DNA of 64,000 bases. Source: Eledone cirrhosa. Its lineage: Eukaryota. Every line of letters starts with the position of its first letter. Position 1 is the first letter of the stretch. The notes below the pieces were generated by a model. It had not been told where the DNA came from, made no database searches, and was given only the letters and a program-made list of their open reading frames with translations. The translations under genes and the position numbers were made by a program. Of this stretch, positions 21,931-34,735 are shown one piece after another. The stretch covers positions 124,001 through 188,000 of the forward strand of contig CAXHJY010000489.1 in the NCBI GenBank assembly GCA_964016885.1, given 5' to 3'.

Positions 21931-24900
21931 TCATCATCATCATCATCAGGTTTAGCGTCCGTGTTCCACGCTTGCATGGGTTTGGACGGGGGTTTTCCCA
22001 CTTGAGGCAAGAGTGGTTGTCTTGCTCGCATAGGACTGTCTGGCGGGTTTTCTACAGTTGGATGCCCTTCCTAACACCAACCACATTTACAGTGTGGGGC
22101 TGGGAGGTTTTTACCGTGTTGCCTACACGGCCACATTACAGCGTGGACTGTCTGGCGGGTTTTCTACGGCTGGATGCCCTTCCTAACACCAACCACATTT
22201 ACAGTGTGGGGCTGGGAGGTTTTTACCGTGTTGCCTACACGGCCACATTTACAGCGTGGACTGTGTGTTTTTTTGTCGTGACACCTACACGATCACATTT
22301 GTTTCGGCCTGGATGTTGTGGGACCAACATAACTTTACATTGAAAGGGGCGGTGTGGATGGGGTGGAGCTGGTGGGACGGGGGGGGGTGGGACGGGGGTT
22401 GATAGAGATGCCTACTGACTGTAGTAGGTTTTTACTTTGTATTTAGGTAAGGCGGGTCTTCTCTATTACTGAGTACCGCCAAAGGTCTCGGTCCAGTGAC
22501 ATTGTCTTGGAGAGGTGTAAGCGTGTGAGGTCGGAATTTATCAGCTCATCCCATGTTTTTCTGGGTCTGCCTACTCCGTGGCTACCGTCTATCTTTATTG
22601 CCCTGCACTTTGTTATACAGCTGTCGTCTTTCATGCGCATCACGTGACCGTACCAACGTAGCCTTCTCTCGAGTAAACAACATCTGATCCCTCTTATTTC
22701 TAATTTTTTCCTTAGTTCGTTTATGCTTTGCCGTTCACGTATATTACTATTGCACATCCAGCGGAGCATGCAAGCTTCGTTCCTCTCTAGTCTGCGTATA
22801 TCCTCTGCACACAATGCCCAGGTCTCACTGCCATGCAGCATTGCTGTTCGTATGCAGGCATCGTATAACCTGCCTTTCATTTTTAGGGAGAACCCTCTAG
22901 CGGCTAATAGTGGTATAAGCTCTCTGAACTTTTTCCATCCAGTTCTGACTCTAGCTACTGTACTTTCAGAGCACCCTCCCCCACTGCTGATTTTGTCACC
23001 CAGGTAACGGAAGCTGTCCACTATTTCTATAGAACCCTCTACGCAGTTGAAGGAGCTAGTATTTTGTGGGCACTTGCTGCTACTTATTGCACCAGAGCAC
23101 CGGCCACATGTAAAATCTATGTTCTTAGTTAGCTTACCTGTGATCCCACTACATCTTTTATGCACCCATACTTTGCATTTGGGACATAAAATGGAGTTTC
23201 TACCTACGCCTTTCCTACACACTGAGCATGGCCATTTCCCAGATGGGACTGCCGCCTTATTTTCTTTCCTACAAACTAGAACTTTAGTCTTAGCCAGGTT
23301 AATTTTAAGGCCTTTTGATTCTAGGCCGTGCTTCCATGTTTGGAATTTCTTCTCTAGTTCGGTCATTGATTCAGCTATGAGCGTTAGATCATCTGCGTAT
23401 AGGAGTTCCCATGGGCAGCCGGTCTTGAACTCCTCTGTTATAGCCTGAAGGGCAATAATAAATAGTAGGGGGCTAAGAACAGAGCCCTGATGGACACCAA
23501 CTTTTACGCTAAACTCTTCACTATATTCGTTGTTAATTCTAACCTTACTGACTGTTTCTTTATACATGGCTTGTATAGCTCTCACAAGCCATTCGTCAAC
23601 ACCTAGTTTTCTAAGAGACCACCAGATAATGGAACGGGGGACTCTGTCGAAGGCTTTCTCCAAGTCGACGAAAGCTAAGTATAGGGGTTTACTTTTAGCT
23701 AGGTACTTCTCCTGTAGTTGTCGTACAATGAAAAGAGCGTCTGTGGTACTTTTGCCTGACACAAATCCGAACTGCATTTCATCTAGATCAATTCTCTCTC
23801 TGATTAGTTGCGCTATTACTTTTTCCGTGACCTTCATGACCTGGTCGATTAATTTAATGCCTCTATAGTTACTCCTATCAAGGGCATCTCCTTTTCCCTT
23901 ATAGCAGTTAACGATGATGCTGCTACGCCAGTCCTTCGGAACAACCCCATTCTGTACGACTTGGTTAACTATCCGGGTGACCATGGTGTGTCCCACCGAA
24001 CCAGATGCCTTCAGCATCTCAGCAACTATTTCCGAAGGACCAGCCGCCTTACCCGTCTTCATATCTTTGATTGCCTTGCTTATTGTACTACCCTGGACTA
24101 ACACTGCTGGCCCCTCTATTGGGTCGATGTGGGGGAGACTGTCTTTCTCCCATTTGTTCTCCTCATTTAGAAGCCTTTCGTAGTGACACTTCCAAGCTAC
24201 GTTGTAGAACATGCTTGGACTTTCTTTCCTCTGCTTCCCTTCTTGCGAAGTACACTTGTCTCCTAGCTTCCCTCCTGGCCACCTGATAGTCTTCTCTACT
24301 TCCCCCATCCCGCCATGCTTTCCAAGCCTGCTTTTTGGCCTTAATTGACTCCTCCACCTTACTGTTCCACCACCATGTTACTCTCCTCCTACCTACAGGC
24401 CTGCTCCAGCCACAGACTTCGTCTGCCGCCGTCAGCAGGTTTGCTCTCAGGAATTCCCCCTGTTCCTCTATATTATACGACTCTAATTGCTCTTCCTTAC
24501 TGTCGAAAGCGTCAAGTAATATGCTTTGAAATTTATTTCTGGCTATGGGGTCCTTTAGCTGCCATATTTTTCTCCTGAGGATAGTCCTCTTCCGCTGTCT
24601 AGTACGTCTCGTCCTGACTATGAGGTCGCTAATTATCAGTCTATGTTGGGAGGTGAATTCTTCATGGGGGAGGGATTTAGTGTTAACAACAGACACTCTG
24701 TCACGTCTTCTGGTAAGGATATAATCTACCTGGCTTGTGTATTCCCCCGATCTATAGGTGATCAAGTGATTGTCTCGTTTTTTGAAGTTAGTGTTACAGA
24801 TAGTTAAGTTATTTGCGTCGCAGAATTCCAGGATTCTGGAGCCTTCCTCATTTCTAGTACCAAACCCATAGCCTCCATGGATTCCATCATAGCCGTCACA

Positions 24901-25690
24901 ATGTTGTCAAACGTGACCATTTAGGTCGCCTGCAATAACTATATAGTCACTGTCGGTTATTTGGGAGGTAGCGAGCATCAGTGTCTCGTAGAATCTGTCT
25001 TTTATAGCACCGGGCAGTCCGGATTGTGGTGCGTACGCAGATATTACTGTCACCGTAGTTTTATTGAGGACAAGTCTTATTTTAATTATTCTGTCGTTCA
25101 CTCTATTTACGTCTATTATCTTATCTGCCCACTTTTCTGCTACCATGATTCCTACCCCACCCAACCCATTGTCATTTCCCACCCAGAAAAGCTTATAGCA
25201 TCGTTCTTTACCCACGATGAATCTAGCCGACCCTCCCCTCCACCTGGTCTCTTGAATACAACAAACATCGACCTCCTTACGTTCAAGCATTTCTACAACC
25301 TCGTTAGAGCGACTCTTTAAGGTGCCTACATTCATGGTACCAACTCTGAAGTTTTGGATTGCGTTTGGAGGGTGGGAGCGGTGGGGCGCGGGGGGGATGG
25401 GGTTATGTTAGCCATCCTGGGCCGAAACAAGGCGGAGTGCTTTCATTCTCGTCCACGAGGTGAATTTGTCTTTATCTTTGGCATTGTCGCTGAGCGTCCA
25501 CATTTTTCTCTCTTCAACTCTCCAGAATTCCGTAGTCCATCCATCATATCGAAAAGCAACCAGTTAAGCGATAGTATGGGCCTCTGACTTATGATTGGTT
25601 CACGTAATAATGGTGGTGCGTGGGGGCGGGTGGGAGGGATGATGGGTTGTTAGCGAGAATGTAAGGTTTAAGATAAGATCGCCGTATTTT
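21928..25690 (-). mobile_element. RTE family B, near full length (APE + RT + PHD-like finger)
   Basis: APE in 24907-25335 and 24163-24765; uninterrupted RT ORF to 22443 with YADD; premature TGA at 24907; ~120-bp deletion near 24200 relative to the 36.9-kb copy; (GAT)n tail. Confidence 0.97.
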
Positions 25691-25948
25691 TGGCATAATT
25701 TAACAATAAATGAAAATACAAGATTTGTTTTGTTTAAGAAAATACGATAGAGAAAATGCGGTGATAGGGAAAATATTATTTTTAGAGAAAAAATATGATA
25801 TAGAATGGTGAAAATATGATATAGTGTGAAATTAGGACATAGAATAGTGATTGAATGAATGGATTCGAATGGAGAGAAGAATCGAGAAAAATATTTGAAC
25901 GTTACTTTATACCGCAAGAACAGCCATCATCCCATTTTAATTCCACTA

Positions 25949-26024
25949 AACACTATACATATTTCAATGGCCCAGTTTCATCATCCGATCATGATGTAAA
26001 ATTTAGACAATTTCATCAGGTGTT
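25949..26024 (-). ncRNA. Type I hammerhead ribozyme with long helix II
   Basis: Minus strand reads AACAC-CTGATGA-aattgtcta...CATCATgatcggATGATG...tgggccatt-GAAA-TATGTATA-GTGTT. Confidence 0.75.
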
Positions 26025-26404
26025 AATTGCAGAATTAATTTCATAAGATAACAGGATTACAGAGAATAGAAAACAGAGGACTGATTTGATTTGGAGATGG
26101 CCCACCAGTGGTATTGTAAGAGCTAACCATCCCTGAATGTCGCACAAGCATCAATGCTAAGTATGATAGATATATTAAGAAAAAAAAATGAAGTTTTGTT
26201 CACTTGTTAGTTTTTAGGTTGGGGTGATTATTCAACACTTGAGATCTCTGTTCAATATTTTGTATATATTTTATATTTCGATATCAATATCATCTTAGTT
26301 ATGTCAATAGTGTTTTTGGAAAATGTACAAAATGTACAATTACGATCTTTGAGGAATTTTAGACTATATTTTATTATATCTATCTAGGGCGGGTAAAATT
26401 CCCG

Positions 26405-26850
26405 AGGTCCATGGACGAATTCTCTCCAGCGGACTCTGTCCCTCATCATCGCTGCCATGTCCTGCATCTCCAACAGACCAGTGTCTCTCCTTAGGGCATC
26501 AACATATGTTAACCTCGGTCTTCCTCTTCCAGTGTGTCCATGCACAGGAGCACTGAGTGCAGTGTCAACTCTGGATGTCTGTGAGCATGTCCAGTTAACC
26601 TCAGTCTCCTCTGTGTCACTTTCGAGCTGACTTTTGGGAAGCTCCCATACAGCTCTGAGTTCTTCACCCTCAGTGTATACTGATTAATGTTCAGAGCCAT
26701 CCTCAGCATTCTCGTGTAGCACCCATCCACCATCTGAGTGAGTTTCTTGGTCAGTGTCCAAGTCTCAGACCCGTACAGCAGCACAGACCCCAATACAGCA
26801 ACGAAGAGATGGATCTTCAGGTCTTTACGAAGGTCCGACTTCTACACCAA
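26405..26850 (-). mobile_element. 3' fragment of a third RTE-like LINE family
   Basis: VLLYGSETWTLTK...DGCYTRMLRMALNI...RRLRLTGH. Confidence 0.8.
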
Positions 26851-26989
26851 TCTCAGAAGTCAATATTGTATATTTGTTGAAAGTCTGTTTTACCTGAGAT
26901 ATCAGTATGAAATATCAGGGTTTAAAATATCTCACTATTTCAATACCGAAACAATAAACACTTGTGTTATCTTATGATAACTCATATAT

Positions 26990-28100
26990 GATGTGATATC
27001 TTATATCTGATAGTTATATATGAGATATCTGATAGTTATATATGAGATATCTAATGGTTACACATGAAATATCTGATGGTTACATATGAGATATGTGATG
27101 GTTATATATGAGATATCGGATGGTTACATATGAGATATGTGATGGTTACACATGAGATATCTGATGGTTATATATGAGATATCTGATGGCTACACATGAG
27201 ATATCTGATGGTTACACATGAGATATCTAATGGTTACATATGAGATATGTGATGGTTATATATGAGATATCGGATGGTTACATATGAGATATCAGATGGT
27301 TACACATGAGATATCTGATGGTTATATATGAGATATCTGATGGTTACACATGAGATATCTGATGGTTATATATGAGATATCTGATGGTTACACATGAGAT
27401 ATCTGATGGTTACACATGAGATATCAGATGGTTACACATGTGATGTCTGATGGTTACACATGAGATATCTGATGGTTACACATGAGATATCTGATGGTTA
27501 TATATGAGATATCTAATGGTTACATATTAGATATGTGATGGTTACACAGGAGATATGTGATGGTTATACAGGAGATATCTGATGGTTACACAAGAGATAT
27601 CTGATGGTTACACATGAGATATCAGATGGTTACACGAGAGATATCTGATGGTTACACAGGAGATATCTGATGGTTGTACAAGAGATATCTGATGGTTACA
27701 CAGGATATATCTGATGGTTACACAAGAGATAATTGATGGTTACACATGAGATATCTGATGGTTATATATGAGATATCTAATGGTAACATATGAGATATCT
27801 GATGGTTGCAGAGGAGATATCTGATGGTTACACAGGAGATATCCGATGGTTACACAGGATATATCTGATGGTTACACAAGAGATATCTGATGGTTACACA
27901 TGAGATATCTGATGGTTACACAGGAGATATCTGATGGTTATATATGAGATATCTGATGCTTACACAAGAGATATCTGATGGTTACACAGGAGATATCTCA
28001 TGGTTACAAAGGAGATATCTGTTGGTTACAGAGGAGATATCTGATGGTTACGCAGGAGATATTTGATGGTTACACAGGAGATATCTGATGGTTATATACA
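26990..28100. repeat. 22-bp minisatellite (TGAGATATCTGATGGTTACACA)
   Basis: About 50 tandem copies with a 5'-to-3' gradient of variants. Confidence 0.97.
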
Positions 28101-28235
28101 AGATTGATAGCAGACACTTAGAACATTTTCTAAAAATAGAAATTGTCCCATAACTTGTGAGATATTGATGCAGTAGTTAAACTGGGGTGTAAACCTGCAG
28201 TACATAAAGTGGAGGTAAACCCATGCAGTACATAA

Positions 28236-28267
<32 letters not shown>

Positions 28268-28669
28268 GGTAAACCCATGCAGTACATATGTGAATATAAT
28301 ATAGATTAGGTTACTAGAAGAGGCATATCAGTAATACAGACATTGAATAGTGCCTGTGTGTAGCTATTAAAGTTAACTCAGAGATATATAGATTACATGT
28401 TATGAGACTTATATGTGGGTATATATAAACATTATTAATACATATAAACATTGTATGTATACATGGTCTCGTAACACCTGACTGACATAGTACTTCTAGG
28501 GTAGTTTCATTGTATGTATACTTGGTCTCGTAACACCTGACTTAGTACTTCTAGGGTAGTTTTAAACCTGCCGGAGCCCATGTCTCCCTCCAGGTCTTTA
28601 TACAGCAGATTTCTTCCAGAGAAGAATAGAGAGTGAGTGAATGGAAGTGAGAAAGAGATATAGAGGAAG

Positions 28670-28815
28670 AATCGACCCCAGTATTAGACTGGTACTTTTT
28701 TTTATCAACCTGGAATGGGTGAAAGGCAAACTTGTTCTCGGCGGGATTTTAACTTAGAGTCGAAACAAATACCACAAGGCATTCTATCTGACGTTCTAAT
28801 GACTCCGCCAATTCA
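28670..28815 (-). mobile_element. Diverged SINE family 1
   Basis: ctggtactttt..tatcaacc..gaaaggcaaa..ctcggcgggattt matches the SINE reverse complement. Confidence 0.7.
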
Positions 28816-28846
28816 CTGCCATAAACATTATGGGGGTATGTATATA

Positions 28847-29544
28847 TCATCATCACCATTTTATATCCATTCTTCCACGCTAGCATGGGTTAGATGAGTT
28901 GCCATGTTATGGGTAATGCTAGGTCAGGTGGCCATGCATTGCTAATACAGGACTGATTTCGGCTTGGTTTCTACAGCTGGATGCCCTTCCTAGCACCAAC
29001 ATCATTTACAATGTGTATTGGGTACTTTTTGTCGTGACACCTACACGACCACTTTACAGTGTGGACTGGGGGCTTTTTGTTGTGACACCTACATGACCAC
29101 TTTACAGTGTAGACTGGGTACTTTTTGTCATGACACGACCACTTTATAGTGTGTACAGGGTACTTTTTGTCATGACACCTACATGACCACTTTACAGTGT
29201 AGACTGGGTACTTTTTGTCATGACACGACCACTTTATAGTGTGTACAGGGTACTTTTTGTCATGACACCTACATGACCACTTTACAGTGTAGACTGGGTA
29301 CTTTTTGTCATGACACGACCACTTTATAGTGTGTACAGGGTACTTTTTGTCATGACACGACCACTTTATAGTGTGTACAGGGTACTTTTTGTCATGACAC
29401 GACCACTTTATAGTGTGTACAGGGTACTTTTTGTCATGACACGACCACTTTATAGTGTGTACAGGGTACTTTTTGTCATAACACGACCACTTTATAGTAT
29501 GTACAGGGTACTTTTCCTCATGACACCTACACAAACACTTTACA

Positions 29545-29545
<1 letters not shown>
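28847..29545 (-). mobile_element. RTE-tail SINE module with expanded 39/45-bp tandem repeats
   Basis: Tail and ggatgcccttcctag motif, followed by ~13 copies of ggtactttttgtcatgacac(ctacat)gaccactttaYagtgt. Confidence 0.85.
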
Positions 29546-29578
<33 letters not shown>

Positions 29579-29674
29579 CAGGATGGATTCAGTTTGATAC
29601 TGGTTAGACTATTACTCAACAGAAATAGCTGTTGAAAGGGTAAGAGCTCAGCTGTTTGGTCCCAACACTTTATA

Positions 29675-29724
<50 letters not shown>

Positions 29725-29726
29725 AC

Positions 29727-29794
<68 letters not shown>

Positions 29795-29796
<2 letters not shown>

Positions 29797-30011
29797 AGAC
29801 ACAAAGCAGGCTTTGTTTAGAAACAGCTTGTGAATTTGAAAATTAGATAGTAACATGTGTATTGACATACATGGGACACAAACTCATATCTTTGGTTTGC
29901 CGGACCAATGTGTTACCATTACACCAACGCGGCACCACAGTTTAAGCACAAGTTACTACCTAATTTTCAAATTCACTAGCTGTTTCAAAACAAAGCCTGC
30001 TTTGTGTCTCC
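29795..30011. mobile_element. ~65-bp inverted arms enclosing a tRNA-like sequence
   Basis: 29795-29859 is the reverse complement of 29947-30011. Minus-strand interior ttggtgtaatggtaacacattggtccggcaaaccaa has D- and anticodon-arm-like structure. Confidence 0.7.
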
Positions 30012-30089
30012 CTATTTATATACATATATATATATATATATACCTGCTATGATTATATAGCTTCTAATTGAATGGAAAGAAATATGGGT

Positions 30090-30160
30090 GGCATATTGGT
30101 GTAATGGTAACACATTGGTCCGTCAAACCAAAGATGTGGCGTCATATCCTATGTACGTCT
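30090..30160 (+). pseudogene. tRNA-like (Asp-GTC-like) pseudogene or SINE head
   Basis: A-box TGGTGTAATGG; anticodon arm TTGGT-ccGTCaa-ACCAA; degenerate T-arm/B-box. Confidence 0.5.
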
Positions 30161-30943
30161 ATACACATCCTTTTTTCCATCCAGAGGGTTTTTTAAAATC
30201 CCAACTAACAGACTAATTTTATTTAGTCAAATACGGCGTAAGCACATGCTACTACCTAATTTTTATATATCTAATACATAGATCGCAAGCTATTGTCTGA
30301 CGCTCTACCGATACTGCCAATCCAACACCCTACACCATCTTAATAATTTTAGTAAATCTTTCATAAATTCTTCATTAATTAACTAAAATACAGTATATTT
30401 CATTGGTTAAGGCTCAGTAATGTCTCTCATTGAAAGCAGAGTTTAGGCTTCTACTTCTAAATGGCAACACTAGCCACAGAGACAGCTTCCTCCACCCCAG
30501 CCATGTTTTAGCATCCCCTTGTAAATTAAACTGCGGAATAAACACATCTTTCTTCAAGTCACAAATATCATTAAACTATCTGTCTGTCTTTATTTTTTCT
30601 TCTCTCCTTCGTTTTCTTCAGACATTTAAATAAATAAGAGTAGAACCGCCGCCGTCAATGGGATATTTTTCTAAAGACATTTTTAACTTCTCTGAATTAC
30701 TTGCACATGTTTGAAATTTTAGATGTCAAATCCGTTCCTTCTTTTTTCACTTATTTTGCTTTGTTGTTGTCTAGCAAAGGAAAACACAGTATTACATGAG
30801 ATTGAAACACAAAGATATAGCAATGCAGCTATATAGCTGTATAGCTGTATAGTTGTATAGCTGTATAGCTGTATTGCTGTATAGTTGTATAGTTATATAA
30901 CTATACAGCTATATAACTATACAGCTGTATAGTTATATAGCTA

Positions 30944-31964
30944 TCTGTATATATATAAAATTAAGTATGTGTGTGTGTGTGTCTCTGTGTTTCTGTGTAT
31001 TACCTATAGGGGCCTACATCTTACGACCGATTTTCATGAAATTTACAGGCTCATAGATTAGTCATTGGGGAGTGTTTTCTATATATCAGCGTATCGTTTT
31101 TTTTATTCCGGGGTCATTCTGCAGATAAAAATCGATAGGGGTGTCACCTTTTTTTAGGTATCGAAAAATAAGATTTTTGGCTCTAGCTCCCACATTTTGC
31201 CACCGATTTCGTTCAAATTTTAAAGCAAAATAGAATTTATCATGGCACATCCTGTAATGGCGTTATATTTTGCATTTGTTGTCCAGGGACGGCGTGGCAG
31301 CCGCTTAAATATTCAAAAATACGACTTTTAGACTCAAATTTCCACTTTTTCGGCTCTAGTTCCCACATTAATCAACCTACTTTATTCAAATTTTACCCTA
31401 CGCTAGATCTGATTATTTCACGTCTTAAAGTCGCTTTACATTTTGGATTTTTTCATCAGGAACGGCGTGACAGCCGCTTAAATATTCGAAAATACCACCT
31501 TTTCGCTCTAATTTCCGCCCTTTCGGCTCTAGCTCCCACATTTTTCAACCGATTTCGTTCAAATTCGAAACTTTGGCTCCACCTCACACACAAATCAATT
31601 TATTTGGTTCAACTTTTGTACTACGATAGAACCTATCATTGCACATCTTATAGATGGTCAAAGGCAAAACGATGGCCACTAACGTCATCTGAGCTTTTAG
31701 TTGTGTATTTGAGAATTCATCGGTTTCCAATCAAGTAGCGTGAGGAAATTTGGCTTAGTGTTAGAGGTCATTACCTCCCTCCTTCAGCATACCTCTTCGT
31801 CAGTCACCCGCGTTTCTCAGGGATATAGGTCATCACCACCCTTCCCCGCATGGCCTGTGTGTGGCCATAGATGAGTCATCGAGAAGCAGTCGCTAAGATC
31901 AACACCTTTTCATCAAAGCAGATATTATTTTACCTACCCAGGCAACGCTGGGTACTGCTGCTAG
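30944..31964 (+). mobile_element. Non-autonomous Helitron
   Basis: A|TC 5' end with (TG)n; internal accgatttcgttcaaattt repeats; 3' hairpin TACCCAG-gcaacg-CTGGGTA then CTAG|T; no TSD. Confidence 0.85.
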
Positions 31965-32450
31965 TATAACTATCTAACTATGCAGCTATCTAACTATACA
32001 GCTATATAACTATATAGTTATATAGCTATATAACTATACAACTATATAGTTATATAGCTATATAACTATACAGCTGTATAGTTATATATAACTATATAAC
32101 TATACAGCTGTATAGTTATATAGCTATATAACTATATAGCCATTTAACTATACAGCTGTATCGTTATACAGCTGTATAGTTATATAGCTGTATAATTATA
32201 TAACTATATAGCTGTATAGTTGTATAGTTATATAACTATACAGCTATATAACTATATAGCTATATAGTTATATAACTATATAGCTAATTAACTATACAGC
32301 TATATAGTTATATAGCTGTATAGTTATATAGCTATATAGTTATATAACTATATAGCTATAAAGATATATATCTATAGATATATAACTATAGATATATATC
32401 TATATAGATATATAACTATATAGATATATATCTATAGTTATATATCTATA

Positions 32451-33011
32451 CTAGACCTCCCGTAACCCGTTGGGTCACGTTCACTTAAAAAATAATTTTA
32501 AAATAATTAAAATATACACAGACATCTAAACTATAATAAAGTAAGGAGTGCGGGACTGCGTACGGTTTATAATTTTTTATCCCCTCAGTAAAATAAGTTG
32601 GATTACTTTGAATAAATAATGAATGAATATTACATAATTTATCTACTAAATTTCGTGGCTGTTCATTAAATATATTTTATTGTTTATTTAAAGATTCACT
32701 ACTTTAAAATTTTCAAATGTCAACACTTCCGGTTAGCGATCGCTTAAATAAACATTTATATATTTCTGTCACTAATTTTCTCCTAATACAGTTAATATAT
32801 AATATCGTCTTTTTTTAATGTATCATGGATTACGTTACTGATTACATAAGACAGTGTAACACAGTCTTCGTTCAATTTCTATGTATATTGTCAATTACGA
32901 TTTTATTTGATGTATCATATCTACATGTACATATACTTGCGTATAATATCAATATACACTACACATGCTAGCAGGAAACCACCCGAAGGGTGGTTTTTCT
33001 GCTATACACAC

Positions 33012-33106
<95 letters not shown>

Positions 33107-33321
33107 AATATATACACACACACACACTCACACTTAGAAACCCTTTCTATTTAGTAGGATACAGTAATGCTGTATTCGTTTCTTTGAAGTCACCGGTCGT
33201 AATTTCATTCAACAACACCACCAGCTCTCTTTTCCATTTTTGTTCTCTGTCTCCTCCTCTCTCCCTCTCTATGTTTCTCTTTCAATCTACTCTCTCACAA
33301 CCACTATCTCTTTCTCTCAAT

Positions 33322-33394
<73 letters not shown>

Positions 33395-33401
33395 TCTCTC
33401 C

Positions 33402-33433
<32 letters not shown>

Positions 33434-33626
33434 TTATGAAGATACCCAGAAAACCCCATATCTCGAGAACCTGTGGACCGATTAACGCAAAATTTGTTTT
33501 ATTCCATTTGTATTCCCATTTCAGGGGCAACTTCCTTGCAAAGTATTTTCCCATTATGTGCCCTTTTGGCTGTATTACATTACAGACAAGCAAGCAAGCA
33601 GTCACAGAGTTTTAGTAGTATATAGT
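32451..33626 (-). mobile_element. Non-autonomous Helitron (second family)
   Basis: Minus 3' end has hairpin CGTGACCC-aac-GGGTTACG then CTAG|T. 5' end ctatatactactaaaa; accgattaacgcaaaatttg motif. Confidence 0.72.
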
Positions 33627-33724
33627 TATACAGTTATATAGTTATATAGCTATATAACTATACAGCTATATAACTGTATAGCTGTATAGTTGTATAGCTG
33701 TATAGCTATATAACTATATGAACT

Positions 33725-34197
33725 TAAACCTACAGTCAGAAGGCACCTCTTAACCCAATATACATCCCACCCCACACTCCATCCTTCCCCCTCTATCCAC
33801 ACCACCCTTTCTCTGTAAATTTATGTTGGTACCACACAAAACTGGTCATGTAGATATCACGACAAAAAAGTAGCCAGTCCACACTGTAAAGTGGTCGTGT
33901 AGGAGACACGGTAAAAAGGCTCCCAGTCCACACTGTACAGTGGTCATGTAGGGGACACGATAAAAAGGCTCCCAGTTCACACTGTAAAATGTTCGTGTAG
34001 GAGACACGGTAAAAAGGCTCCCAGTCCACACTGTAAATGTGGTTTGTGTTAGGAAGGGCATCCAGAGGTAGAAAACCTGCTAGAAACAATTCTATACGAG
34101 TGAGACACAGTCACCCGACCAATCTTGCCTCAAGTGGGACAAACCCGTCCAACCCATGCTAGCGCGGAAGATGGACGTTAAACGATGATGTTGATGA
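33725..34197 (+). mobile_element. RTE family B 3' UTR (solo, 5'-truncated)
   Basis: Matches 11335-11705, including tandem repeats and (GAT)n tail. Confidence 0.88.
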
Positions 34198-34487
34198 TAC
34201 ACAGGCATATACACACATACATACATAAAACATTCCAAAAAATCAGAATGTAATAACTGCATATAAACTTGTACAGATACAGAACATGTGCACATGTACA
34301 TATATAACTCAAAACATAAACCACTACACATACAATAACATCCATACCTGCACGCACACACACAGACACACACACACGTACACATGCAGACATATCTACC
34401 TAGTTGATGTCTAAATTCCAATGAGAGAGTCTTGTGTGTTAGAAACCGACTCTCTCTCTCTCTATTGGTAAACATTTATAAAATAAT

Positions 34488-34671
34488 TGTTTCTACTTTA
34501 GGCACAAGGCCAGCAATTACCTAGTGCATTACTGGTACTTTATTTTATCGACCCCGTAAGGATGAAAGGCAAAGTCAACCTCGGCGGGATTTGAACTCAG
34601 ATCGTAAAGGGACGTAACTATGTTGGACAGCATGGCGTCCGACCCTCTACCGATACTGCCAATCCACCGCC
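34488..34671 (-). mobile_element. Full-length SINE family 1 with 13-bp TSD
   Basis: TTTATAAAATAAT at 34475-34487 and 34672-34684; near-identical to 13817-14000. Confidence 0.92.
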
Positions 34672-34735
34672 TTTATAAAATAATGAAACCAGACCAACAT
34701 ACATACATACAAACATACATATATATATATATATA

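Larger units (their letters stand above)
30825..33720. repeat. Self-complementary 8-mer array (CTATATAG/CTATACAG/CTGTATAG) split by two Helitrons
   Basis: Array pieces at 30825-30943, 31965-32450 and 33627-33720. Confidence 0.9.

Noticed and set aside
22723-24578. Antisense ORFs over RTE/CR1 copies
   Set aside because: Shadow frames of the RT ORF with no recognisable domains.
28569-28613. 45-nt possible micro-exon (NLLYKDLEGDMGSG) on minus
   Set aside because: Weak donor (GTTTAA) and too short to support without transcripts.
32969-33005. Hairpin tagcaggaaaccaccc-gaa-gggtggtttttctgcta resembling a bacterial terminator
   Set aside because: Isolated inverted repeat inside a Helitron next to (TA)n; no functional context.
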